The notes beneath the pieces were generated by a model, which ran no database searches, was not told the DNA's origin, and was given only the letters and a program-made list of their open reading frames with translations. The position numbers and the translations under genes were made by a program. From NCBI GenBank assembly GCA_002269645.1, contig NIVC01002595.1, positions 8,040 through 72,039 of the forward strand: a stretch of DNA of 64,000 nucleotides, read 5' to 3'. Source of the DNA: Macrostomum lignano. Its lineage: Eukaryota. Position 1 is the first letter of the stretch. Each line of letters starts with the position of its first letter. This document shows, piece after piece, positions 20,640 to 38,177 of this stretch.

Positions 20640-21604
20640 ACAGCAGAGATGATTCCCAGGCCCCGAACGAGTTGCGTCTCGTGAATCAGAAGGAACAAAG
20701 TTTTCAAACACAGTGATTTGACCCAACTTCCCAAACTACGCAATCTTATTTGTCCTATAACATGATGCAGTCATCGATTAACCGTTGTCGCATGCTTCGC
20801 ACTCTTTGTTTGACTTCAATTATTCTCTAAGCGTCTGTCAGCCTGTCTGTTGGTCCGTCAGCGACCGTGTTCAACTCACTCAGCTGCATAGAACAGTGCG
20901 CACTGATATTCAATGTGTAGTTTTTTAGTTAGTCAAAATCAATGCGCTGTTCTTGTTAACCTAATCTGGCTAAATATTTATAACTATAGCTTATACTTGC
21001 GTGAATGTAAATTAGTCTATCTGTTTATCTACAAATATTAAACGATGTATAACTATTGAATATATTTATTTAATGTGTAAGCTTTACGGAAACCTAAACA
21101 AAAGTACTTATTGCTTGGGTATTTTTTTCAACCGAAAACGAATCAATCAGGTGTGGCAAACAGGTCATTCGCAGTTGCTGAGCAATTAAAACTGGGGAAC
21201 GAATCTGCGACCTCAAATAAAAACCAAAGATGCGTGGGTCCGATGCTCAACTGCACTTGAATTTTGAGATATTGGACCGAGCCAGCAATTATTACAGTCC
21301 AATGATTGATTTATGAGCTTGCCCACATTGCAATTCTGTATTCACTGCAAGCCTGGCTGCTTTCCCGTATACTCGATTCGACTTTTATGAGTCTTGCTTG
21401 GCGCCAGAGAGGATTTCCAATCAAGCTGTCAGAAAGGCGCAAAATTATTTCTCGCAGACTGCTGGCTCGACGGTCGATCCATCGGCTACTCAAGCGGCGC
21501 TTTTTAATTGCATTTTTGCTCTACAATTGCTGCGGAGAGAACTGGTTACTCAACAAACCGAAGGGATTTTCTGTTGAGGTGCAGGCCTCGATGGTGTGAG
21601 GTCT

Positions 21605-22468
21605 CGATTAGGGGAATTATCTATGGAGTTAGTTCTCGATTAGGGGTATTATCTATAAAATTAGTTCTCGGTTAGGGGCATTATCTATGGAGTTAAGTCC
21701 CGATTAGGGATATTATCTATAGAGTTATGTTTTGATTAGGGGTAAATTCTATCGAGTTAGTTCTCGATTAAGGGTATTATCTATAGAGATAGTTCTTGAT
21801 TAAGGGTATTATCTATGGAGTTAGTTCTTGATTAAGGGTATTGTATATGGAGATATGTCTTGATTAAGGGTGTTATATATGGAGTTAGGACTTGATTAAG
21901 GGTATTATCTATGGATTTGGGGTCTTGATTAGGGGTATTATCTATGGATTTGGGTCTTGATTGGGGTATTATCTATGGAGTTAGGTCTTGATTGGGGGTA
22001 TTATCTATCGATTTGGGTCTTGATTGGGGGTATTATCTATGGAGTTAGGTCTTGATTGGGGGTATTATCTATGGAGTTAGGTATTGATTGGGGGTATTAT
22101 CTATGGAGTTAGGTATTGATTGGGGGTATTATCTATGGAGTTATATCTTGATTGGGGGTATTATCTATGGACGTGGAGTTAGGTCTTGATTGGCGGTATT
22201 ATCTATGGAGTTAGGTCTTGATTGGGGGTATTATCTATGGAGTTAGGTATTGATTGGGGGTATTATCTATGGAGTTAGGTATTGATTGGGGTATTATCTA
22301 TGGAGTTATATCTTGATTGGGGGTATTATCTATGGACGTGGAGTTAGGTCTTGATTGGCGGTATTATCTATGGAGTTAGGTCTTGATTGGGGGTATTATC
22401 TATGGAGTTAGGTCTTGATTGGGGGTATTATCTATGGAGTTAGGTCTTGATTGGGGATATTATCTATA
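21605..22468. repeat. 32-bp minisatellite (GATTGGGGGTATTATCTATGGAGTTAGGTCTT), ~26 units
   Basis: Direct reading; more diverged at the left end. Confidence 0.95.
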
Positions 22469-23242
22469 GGCTGAAGCCGCGACTGTAACCGAGCTCTCTC
22501 CAACCGAAAAGCACAATTTATTCTGCACAGTTTCTGCTCTTGAACAATACAAAAGCATACAATATTCTGGCAAAAAGGTGGCAAGAAACTGATACAGTTT
22601 TTTGTGCTTCTAAATTCAAGCCTGCCTCGGCCTGTGGAACAGAACAGCCAAACATCGGAAGCATTCAAAACTGAGACTCGTGACTGACAGCAACCTGCTG
22701 AATATAAACTTTGTTACTCGGATGTGAAGTCTCTGTTGCTGAACAAAGACTCTTTTAGAAAATTTCTAAAATAAGAATAATTGGCCTGGCCCAGATTGAA
22801 TTGGCAATTGTTCTGCAACTTTGTAGTTTTGTGCAAGCGATACCGCGGGCCGCTAGGGGGGTCACCCGCCCAACTCATCCATCAGTTGTCTGGGCTCTGG
22901 CTGCTCCCCGTTGTCAGTCAAAAGCTCTGCATGGATGCGGGGAGGGTGAAAGCAGAGTCAGAGACCAAGGCAGCGAGTAAGCCTACCGCACAGTCTGTTT
23001 GTTGTGAGAGAGCGGCGCTGGCAACAAGGTCAGAATGCTAACTGCTTTATAAGTTAAAGAGTCCAGTTAGCTGTGTGGCAGCTCTGCTAGCATGTTTTCT
23101 CGTACGTAGGCCAGAGCATTGGAAACTAGGCAAATGCAGTTGCTCAATTGGCCCTTGGCCCAGCCATGGAGCACTATGGCTCCTCGAGTGTGTCGGGACT
23201 GTAAGGGGAAACTTATTCGACGCTTAGTTTATTTGAATCTAT

Positions 23243-25388
<2,146 letters not shown>

Positions 25389-26126
25389 CACCCAAATGAA
25401 TGCGGCTGCACACGGAATCGAACCAGGGGTCGTGTTGGGCTTCCACGACTCAGCGGCGACAAAACAGGATATTCACACACGGTCATCTTTTGCATGCTCA
25501 TCTTGCAGCATCCCCTAATTTAGCTTCTTGCTTGCCAACAGGACCTACAGACGGCTCCTTCGGCCTCAAATACTGCAAACATGTATACATACACAGCTGC
25601 TCAATATTGGCCAGCAGCCCCCGCATGTGTGTCATCTTGTTGCCTCACCATCTCTCTATATACATATTTAACAATTGAACTGACATGCTGGCGTTACTTC
25701 AATAATCTTTACACTCGTCTCTCTAACTGGCCCACATGTGGGTGGATGGATAGGTGGGTGGCAGAGAAAAGGCTTAAACCCGCGCCAGTTTGACAATCGG
25801 CGCCAAGGAGTCTGGCCGTCCGACACCCGCGGCCGCACCAGACAGTGTAAAATGTTTTTCTTTAAAGGACTTGAAAAACATATCTATATGTATTATTTGG
25901 ATATTTTTTCGAGTAGGCAAACACCGACTTTCATGTGGAACACACACGGTGCTGCCGGGGCGCTGGTACAAGTTGCACATGTGTAAGCGGGGGGGGGGGC
26001 ACCGCGCCTCCAAGTGCAGGACACACAGGGAGTCACTACCGGATTAAAGTGACATGCGCGCCAATGCATCTCAATTGAAACTTCTCGGATCAACTGATGT
26101 CATTTTTGCATAGATTACTGTAAGGC

Positions 26127-26352
26127 GGGAAGCTGGAAGCTTCATCTGCAGAATGATAAATCTGGGAAGCTGGAAGAGTAGCTTCATCTGCAGGATATTC
26201 AATCTGGGAAGCTGCAAGAGTAGCTTCATCTGCAGGATATTCAATATGGGAAGCTGGAAGAGTAGCTTCATCTGCAGGATATTCAATATGGGAAGCTGGA
26301 AGAGTAGCTTCATCTGCAGGATATTCAATCTGGGAAGCTGGAAGAGTAGCTG
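26127..26352. repeat. 42-bp minisatellite, ~5 units
   Basis: GGAAGCTGGAAGAGTAGCTTCATCTGCAGGATATTCAATATG repeated. Confidence 0.9.
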
Positions 26353-27165
26353 CAGCACCAAAATCCCAAACTGGGAGGCTGAGGGAATTACTAATTCATT
26401 TAAAATTGTGCCTGATTCGAAAAAACATTTGTCATTAATATACACAATAGCACAGCCACTTAGGGGACTTATTCATTAAGCTGTTTTTAATCTCTAATAA
26501 TAAAAAACTCCAAGTCCTAATTTATTCAATACTGTTTGCTCAGCTCAGCCAATAATACCCGGACTTTGTCCCAGTTAGAACTATAACGACCGGGACATTA
26601 ATTTTTGGAAATTGTCTCCCTCTGATAACATGAGAGGGCACCTACGGAAAAACTAAGGCAACTTCTGCCACAATTGAAATGTTTACCCAACAACCAGTTG
26701 ACTAAATCTCATTTACTTAAATATGCTAAACTATATACTCGTAAATTGGGATTTGAAGTTGAAAATCGATTGGTTGGAGAATGCTGAACAAACTGAAGGC
26801 CAAGATCCAGGGAAATTTTTTTCTGACAAACCCAGCGACTCCGTTCGACTCTTTGATGTCAGGCAAGCGATTAAAGCAATAAAATTGCTTGCATTTGATT
26901 AAACAAACGCACTGCGGGAGCTTTTAAGGCAATCATATCAGCTAATGAGTTACTCGAGGGGGGGGGGGGAGCTGCGATCGGCAGTCAGCTCAAACTATGC
27001 GATATGTGTCCGATAGCAGTGCAGCTGTATACTACTTTTACCGAGTGCTCGCAAATGAGTAGCACCAATGCAAAATTTTGTCTATATTGTCTTTTAAACG
27101 AAAATTTGCACTAAATATACATGTACATGTAGGAGCCGTCGTAGAGGTTCTAATGATTCATCGTA

Positions 27166-27211
27166 CCTATCTATCAGTCAATCTATCCAGCTATCTATCT
27201 ATCTATCTATG

Positions 27212-27265
<54 letters not shown>

Positions 27266-27362
27266 CATCCATTTATTAATCTATCTATCTATCTACCTAT
27301 CTACTTATCAATCAATCTCTGTCTGTCTATCTATCTATCTATCTATCCATCTATTTATCTAC

Positions 27363-27395
<33 letters not shown>

Positions 27396-27985
27396 CATCT
27401 ATTTATCTACCTATCTATCTACCTATCTACTTATCAATCAATCTATCTGTCTATCTATCTATCTATCTATCCATCTATCTATTAATCTATCTATCTATCT
27501 ATCTATCCATCTATCCATCTATCTATTAATAATATCTATCTACCTATCTATCTGTCTATCTATCTATCCATCTATCTATTAATCTATCTATCTATCTATC
27601 TACTATCTATCCATCTATCTATTAATAATATCTATCTACCTATCTATCTGTCTATCTATCTATCCATCTATCTATTAATAATATCTATCTATCTATCTAC
27701 CATCTATCCATCTATCTATTAATCTATCTATCTATCTATTAATCTATCTATCTATCTATCTATCTATCCATCTATCTATTAATCTATCTATCTATCTATC
27801 TACCTATCTATCCATCTATCTATTAATCTATCTATCTATCTACCTATCTATCCATCTATCTATTAATCTATCTATCTATCTATCTACCTATCTATCCATC
27901 TATCTATTAATCTATCTATCTATCTACCTATCTATCCATTTATCTATTAATCTATCTATCTATCTATATATCTACCTATCTATCC

Positions 27986-28018
<33 letters not shown>

Positions 28019-28047
28019 CCTATCTATCCATCTATCTATTAATCTAT
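27166..28047. repeat. Degenerate (CTAT)n microsatellite
   Basis: Direct reading. Confidence 0.95.
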
Positions 28048-29109
28048 ACAACGTAGCCATCTATCTAATATATTAAACATAATAAAAATGATCCTCAATT
28101 AAAATACCTACATGTAGTTACTAAATGGTTAAATAAATTTATCAGCGATAGTAATGCTCTGCTGACAAATTAACTCCCAGCTGTCCTACAAGCCGAAATG
28201 TTTGGCACCTCTTGACTGCCTACAGCTACTCGTAGTCAGGTTTGCCCAGCGGCCATCCCAATATTAATTCGAGAAGCCAACAAACGCGAAAAAGCTGCAG
28301 ATTTCTCCGCCTCGAACACTCGGGTTAAAATCTGCTTAAATAAACAGACAAATTTAGCAAAGCCGAATTCCCACAGCAGCAGTTAGAAGTTTGCAAAAGT
28401 CAACGCGCCAAGTTCTATTAAAATTTGATATCGTATGCCTCTCCGGTGTTGACAGAACAAACTCACTTACCGATCACGTGTTTAGCCTAGTGACCCAAAG
28501 CAAAGCAAAACTTGTATTGCTGTTCAAATTTGTTAATTGCATTGTTATTGCTGCTTGGAAACTGACCATCTACAAGCTGCCAAAAAACCAAAATTAATTA
28601 CATCGTATATTTCAAATTTGCGAATTGGCTACTAACAGTAGAAATAACGTAATTATAACGATACATATAAGTAAAATTATTGAATAAAAAGCAATCAATT
28701 AGGAATGTATTTAAAGCACCGCGTTTCGCAGCTCATAAACCTTCGATAAGAGCGGAGAATAAACACTAATTATTAGCAAGATTTTAAATGCGCTTAGCCT
28801 ATACCAGTGTCATTAAATCATTAGGAAGCCTGACAAACACAACTCACGCACATGGCTCAATAACAAAGAGAAAATATAATACAAGTTCATATATTGACAG
28901 TAAAAGCTTGCAAAGTCTCCCCGAAATTTTTATCATTATTGTAATGCGCGTGTTTTTTTTGAAAACAGACTTTTTTGCGACTCTTTACGATTCCGCAACT
29001 CACGTGATGCGCTCGCGACTCAAAAGTCGCCTCTACGTCGCATTTCAGTCGTTTAGGTCGATAATAATGGCCAGATGTGCAACCGACAGCTCAGCCGCAG
29101 CTATTGCGC

Positions 29110-29345
29110 GGCGCATCTGAAGGCTGCGTACGGCTGTTCAGTCCAAGGACTGGGGGGTCGCCGCACACCCTCAATTACCCCAGCTAATGCTGGCACCCAT
29201 TTTACAGCTGGGTGAACTGAAGCAATGCAGAGTTAAGTGTGTTGCTCAAGGACAAAAATTGTTCCAATTGGGATTGGGAATCGAACCCCCGACCTTCAAC
29301 TAGGCTACAACCCAAAACGACAAGCATTAACGACATTGAGCCGTT
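29110..29345 (+). mobile_element. SINE-like element with a Nin/Deu-type conserved core and tRNA/L2-like 3' part
   Basis: Core GGCACCCATTTTACAGCTGGGTGAACTGAAGCAATGCAGAGTTAAGTGTGTTGCTCAAGGA resembles, from memory, the Nin-domain consensus; followed by GGGAATCGAACCCCCGACCTT and ACATTGAGCC. The 5' pol III head was not identified. Confidence 0.5.
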
Positions 29346-29487
29346 AAAAAGTCACAAGAGTCGCTAGAGTCACTAGTGAGTCGTTAGCAATGACTCTTTA
29401 GCGATTCTGGTCACGGTAACGTTCGCGGTCACGGAACAGCTCGGCAACAACTCTACGGGGGATTTGGATCCCTAAACCTTCTCTCTT

Positions 29488-32891
<3,404 letters not shown>

Positions 32892-33025
32892 TGGGGGGCC
32901 GCGAAGAGCAGGGGCTTCTCTCTAGCTAATCTACTCTCAGGCAAGTACGCCTGCGGGTTGTTGCGACAGTAAATGATCATGAAAGTGAAGGTGTTAGCGA
33001 TTGGGATCTGCGTTAGCTAGAGGAA

Positions 33026-35422
33026 CCCTGCTGAAGACAGTTGCTATGCACACTGGGGATTGGGGAAATATCCCTGCTGAAGACAGTTGCTATGCACACT
33101 GGGGATTGGGGAAACATCCCTGCTGAAGACAGTTGCTATGCACACTGGGGATTGGGGAAATATCCCTGCTGAAGACAGTTGCTATGCACACCGAAGATTG
33201 GGGAAACATCCCCGCTGAAGACAGTTGCTATGCACACCGAAGATTGGGGAAACATCCCCGCTGAAGACAGTTGCTATGCACACTGGGGATTGGGGAAATA
33301 TCCCTGCTGAAGACAGTTGTTATGCACACCGAAGATTGGGGAAACATCCCTGCTGAAGACAGTTGCTATGCACACTGGGGATTGGGGAAATATCCCTGCT
33401 GAAGACAGTTGCTATGCACACTGGGGATTGGGGAAACATCCCTGCTGAAGACAGTTGCTATGCACACTGGGGATTGGGGAAATATCCCTGCTGAAGACAG
33501 TTGCTATGCACACTGGGGATTGGGGAAATATCCCTGCTGAAGACAGTTGCTATGCACACCGAAGATTGGGGAAACATCCCTGCTGAAGACAGTTGCTATG
33601 CACACTGGGGATTGGGGAAATATCCCTGCTGAAGACAGTTGCTATGCACACTGGGGATTGGGGAAATATCCCTGCTGAAGACAGTTGCTATGCACACTGG
33701 GGATTGGGGAAACATCCCTGCTGAAGACAGTTGCTATGCACACTGGGGATTGGGGAAACATCCCTGCTGAAGACAGTTGCTTTGCACACTGGGGATTGGG
33801 GAAACATCCCTGCTGAAGACAGTTGCTTTGCACACTGGGGATTGGGGAAACATCCCTGCTGAAGACAGTTGCTATGCACACCGAAGATCGGGGAAACATC
33901 CCTGCTGAAGACAGTTGCTATGCACACTGGGGATTGGGGAAATATCCCTGCTGAAGACAGTTGCTATGCACACTGGGGATTGGGGAAATATCCCTGCTGA
34001 AGACAGTTGCTATGCACACCGAAGATTGGGGAAACATCCCTGCTGAAGACAGTTGCTATGCACACTGGGGATTGGGGAAACATCCCTGCTGAAGACAGTT
34101 GCTATGCACACTGGGGATTGGGGAAATATCCCTGCTGAAGACAGTTGCTATGCACACCGAAGATTGGGGAAACATCCCCGCTGAAGACAGTTGCTATGCA
34201 CACCGAAGATTGGGGAAACATCCCCGCTGAAGACAGTTGCTATGCACACTGGGGATTGGGGAAATATCCCTGCTGAAGACAGTTGTTATGCACACCGAAG
34301 ATTGGGGAAACATCCCTGCTGAAGACAGTTGCTATGCACACTGGGGATTGGGGAAATATCCCTGCTGAAGACAGTTGCTATGCACACTGGGGATTGGGGA
34401 AACATCCCTGCTGAAGACAGTTGCTATGCACACTGGGGATTGGGGAAATATCCCTGCTGAAGACAGTCGCTATGCACACTGGGGATTGGGGAAATATCCC
34501 TGCTGAAGACAGTTGCTATGCACACCGAAGATTGGGGAAACATCCCTGCTGAAGACAGTTGCTATGCACACTGGGGATTGGGGAAATATCCCTGCTGAAG
34601 ACAGTTGCTATGCACACTGGGGATTGGGGAAATATCCCTGCTGAAGACAGTTGCTATGCACACTGGGGATTGGGGAAATATCCCTGCTGAAGACAGTTGC
34701 TATGCACACCGAAGATTGGGGAAACATCCCTGCTGAAGACAGTTGCTATGCACACCGAAGATTGGGGAAATATCCCTGCTGAAGACAGTTGCTATGCACA
34801 CTGGGGATTGGGGAAATATCCCTGCTGAAGACAGTTGCTATGCACACTGGGGATTGGGGAAATATCCCTGCTGAAGACAGTTGCTATGCACACTGGGGAT
34901 TGGGGAAATATCCCTGCTGAAGACAGTTGCTATGCACACTGGGGATTGGGGAAATATCTCTGCTGAAGACAGTTGCTATGCACACTGGGGATTGGGGAAA
35001 TATCCCTGCTGAAGACAGTTGCTATGCACACTGGGGATTGGGGAAATATCCCTGCTGAAGACAGTTGCTATGCACACTGGGGATTGGGGAAACATCCCTG
35101 CTGAAGACAGTTGCTATGCACACTGGGGATTGGGGAAATATCCCTGCTGAAGACAGTTGCTATGCACACTGGGGATTGGGGAAATATCCCTGCTGAAGAC
35201 AGTTGCTATGCACACTGGGGATTGGGGAAACATCCCTGCTGAAGACAGTTGCTATGCACACTGGGGATTGGGGAAACATCCCTGCTGAAGACAGTTGCTA
35301 TGCACACTGGGGATTGGGGAAACATCCCTGCTGAAGACAGTTGCTATGCACACTGGGGATTGGGGAAACATCCCTGCTGAAGACAGTTGCTATGCACACT
35401 GGGGATTGGGGAAATATCCCTG
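33026..35422. repeat. 46-bp satellite (CCCTGCTGAAGACAGTTGCTATGCACACTGGGGATTGGGGAAATAT), ~52 units
   Basis: Direct reading; very homogeneous. Confidence 0.98.
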
Positions 35423-36584
35423 ACTGAAATGAAATTCGTTTTAGAAGACAGGGCATCAAAAAGCGTCAAATGAATTTCAACAGGCAGTATGTGATATGGA
35501 GCGGTGCGAACTGGACGCTGATGTCATTTTCACATTATATATTTGTTGTGTTAAATTATAATATCGCATCTATCAATAGTCATTTCAATATCGCGAACCG
35601 AGAAAAGCATTTAGAGAGGATAATATTAGATAGGCAAAAACCTATAAAATTGAATTGGCTTTTCGTTTGTCCTGTCATATCTGATATAAGATATTTGACA
35701 ATATACTAAAATATTTGACTAAATTTCTAGAAATTAAATCGAAAAAAACAGTATGAGATATTTAATTTAGAAGAATCGGGAAAGCGCCTATACGCTACTA
35801 CTGAATAAGTAGTATAAGTGCAATGGGGTTATTAAATTAAATAATGCGACGAAATCGAATGCCATTAATTAATTTAGCTATTTAGACTGCTTGAATAAAG
35901 AAGGTGCTTAGGTAGTGCAAGGACTGTATGAGTATGACCATACCATACCATGGTTTTTTGAACTTAACAAAAAAGCAAATTAAATGACTATATAATAAGA
36001 ATATAACGTTATATAAAAGCAAACGATACAGACAGGAGCAGAGCCTCAAGTCAAAAATTGACAAAAAAGCTTTGTCAAAAGACAGCCAAATAATTAGTAA
36101 TGCATACAATATATACCAAAGCATATAAAGCAATTTATCTTCTGCTATTTAGACGCTCCAATATACGGTGACTCCTTGAATTGAATGCAGCAAGCGCGCC
36201 TACTACAGGGAGATGACTGGTGGCGCAAGCGCGCACACAATTATATACCTAATAATAGTAAAGATATTTTTGAGAAAACTTAAAGCGGCGCGCAAAAAAA
36301 CACGTCAAAATATAGACAGAAGAAACCACAAAAGCGGTAACTAAAAAATTTGCCTATTAGAATTATGCATAGAATATAAAAATCAGCTGTATTGAGAATT
36401 GCGCTGGATAGTTATTAGTCATGGTTGATAAAACAAAGATCTCCCATAAATAAATTGTTTTTATGTGACTAGCGTGTGTTTGCCATTTGTATCTGCTATT
36501 CAATCGCATATAGTGGTGACGTCAGTTATTGTCTTAATAACCCAAACTAAGACTGACTTTGCTACCCTCTTACTCGAATGCTTA

Positions 36585-37100
36585 TATCAATGCCTGTATG
36601 CGTAAAGGGGTAAGCAAAGCTTAATTATCGATTCTTGGATGAGCCTTTAATTTAAGCCCACGAAACCCCTCGATTCCTTACCCCCTACCAGCCCACCTCA
36701 CTTATTTTCCTTCTAATTGTCTCTTTCACCAATGCCTGTGCGTATAGGGGGTGGCTGAAGTCTACACTCTACAGTCCTACAACATCACTTCCTTACCCTA
36801 TCCCGGCTTGTTTTATCTAGGCCTATGCGCCTAGAGGGGTTAAATGGTTATATTATCGATTTTTTAGAACAACCCCGCCAAACCCTTTACTTTTCTATCC
36901 CCTACCAGACAACCCCACCTTATGACCTCTATAGTGGCTTGTGTGCATTAAAGCCTGTACGTCTAGAGGGGTTGGGGATGTTTTATTATCGATTTTATGA
37001 ACGACTATTCAAGCCCCACCAAACCTTTACTTTTATACCAGCCAAGCCCACATTATCGCCTCGCCACTCTAGTGGCTTGTTTCATCGACGCTTGTGCGTG
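36585..37100. repeat. Old degenerate ~130-bp tandem repeat (about 4-5 copies)
   Basis: Recurrent A(A/G)GCCT(G/A)T..GT.TAGAGGGG ... TTATCGATT ... AAACCC motif at ~36588, 36731, 36820, 36951, 37088. Confidence 0.55.
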
Positions 37101-38177
37101 TGGATTGTCGGAATGAATTTAAAATCGACTTCCAACTATCATCTCCTTGTACCCCTTGTCGTGACTCGTTATTGGCTTTTTATCGACTTATAAGTCTTAG
37201 CTTATTGATTTTTTATTCAACTGACAAGTCTAGCCTTATTTTTTAGCTTTTAATATTCATTGGATACATCTGCAAACATATTTAAAACACAAAAAACTAT
37301 ATAACAAAAACTATACAATACTCTCATACACCCGAAAAATATATTGCACATTGCAATGTAAAATCTAAAATAGATTTATAACAAAAAGCTCACTAATTTT
37401 CCAACATAGTTAAGCCGATGGTTACGCTAGGCAAGTGAAAGGTAAAAAACAACTATCAAAAAAACTCGCCACATATTTTGCGAGCAGTCAAAAGCATATA
37501 AAAACAATAAAAAGAAAATATAAGGACTATGATATCAGTCAGAGTTCATTGTAGTGACTAGAAAAATTGCAGATTGCGGTGAGCACACACGCAACAGTTA
37601 AAATTTTTAAGCGGGCATCTGTTCTGGCATATAATAAATTACTAATACAACTAAGTCATGAATAACATGTGCTATCCAAAGCGATTTAAACAATAAAAAC
37701 TGCAGTAAGTGTAGCTATCTACGAAATAAACTAATTCTAGAGCTGAACGTAGCGCTACGCAAAGATGATCAATAGATTATTTATAAGAATCAATACAATG
37801 ATGTGGAGTGCGGTAAACCAATGCAATTTCAATGAGACAGGAGCTTCGAATAATTGAATAAATTGCTAAGATACATGACGACATATTTATACGCAAGTAT
37901 ATTGGTTCCAGACTGCGCGCGTGAAGACTAAACAGAATAGGCGGACAGAGGCAAAAACCCAGCGGAGCAGATGAGAGCTTTGTCGATGTCGAAAACACAA
38001 ATCTTAATCGCTAAGCGCGTTTGTTTAAGACGACAGAAAGGAAGGAAGAGGAGAGGCATCGCAAATTCAAACTTTTTGAGCATATGCAGCGCTGCTACCT
38101 TCCGATTATCGACCTTCTAATTAAGCTATCAGAGTTATGCACTCTCTGGTGTCTCAATACGTCAATCAGCCAGTCAA

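Noticed and set aside
25397-25460. tRNA-like fragment (minus-strand GGTTCGATTCC B-box with a small hairpin)
   Set aside because: Too short, with no D-arm or anticodon arm; cannot fold as a cloverleaf.
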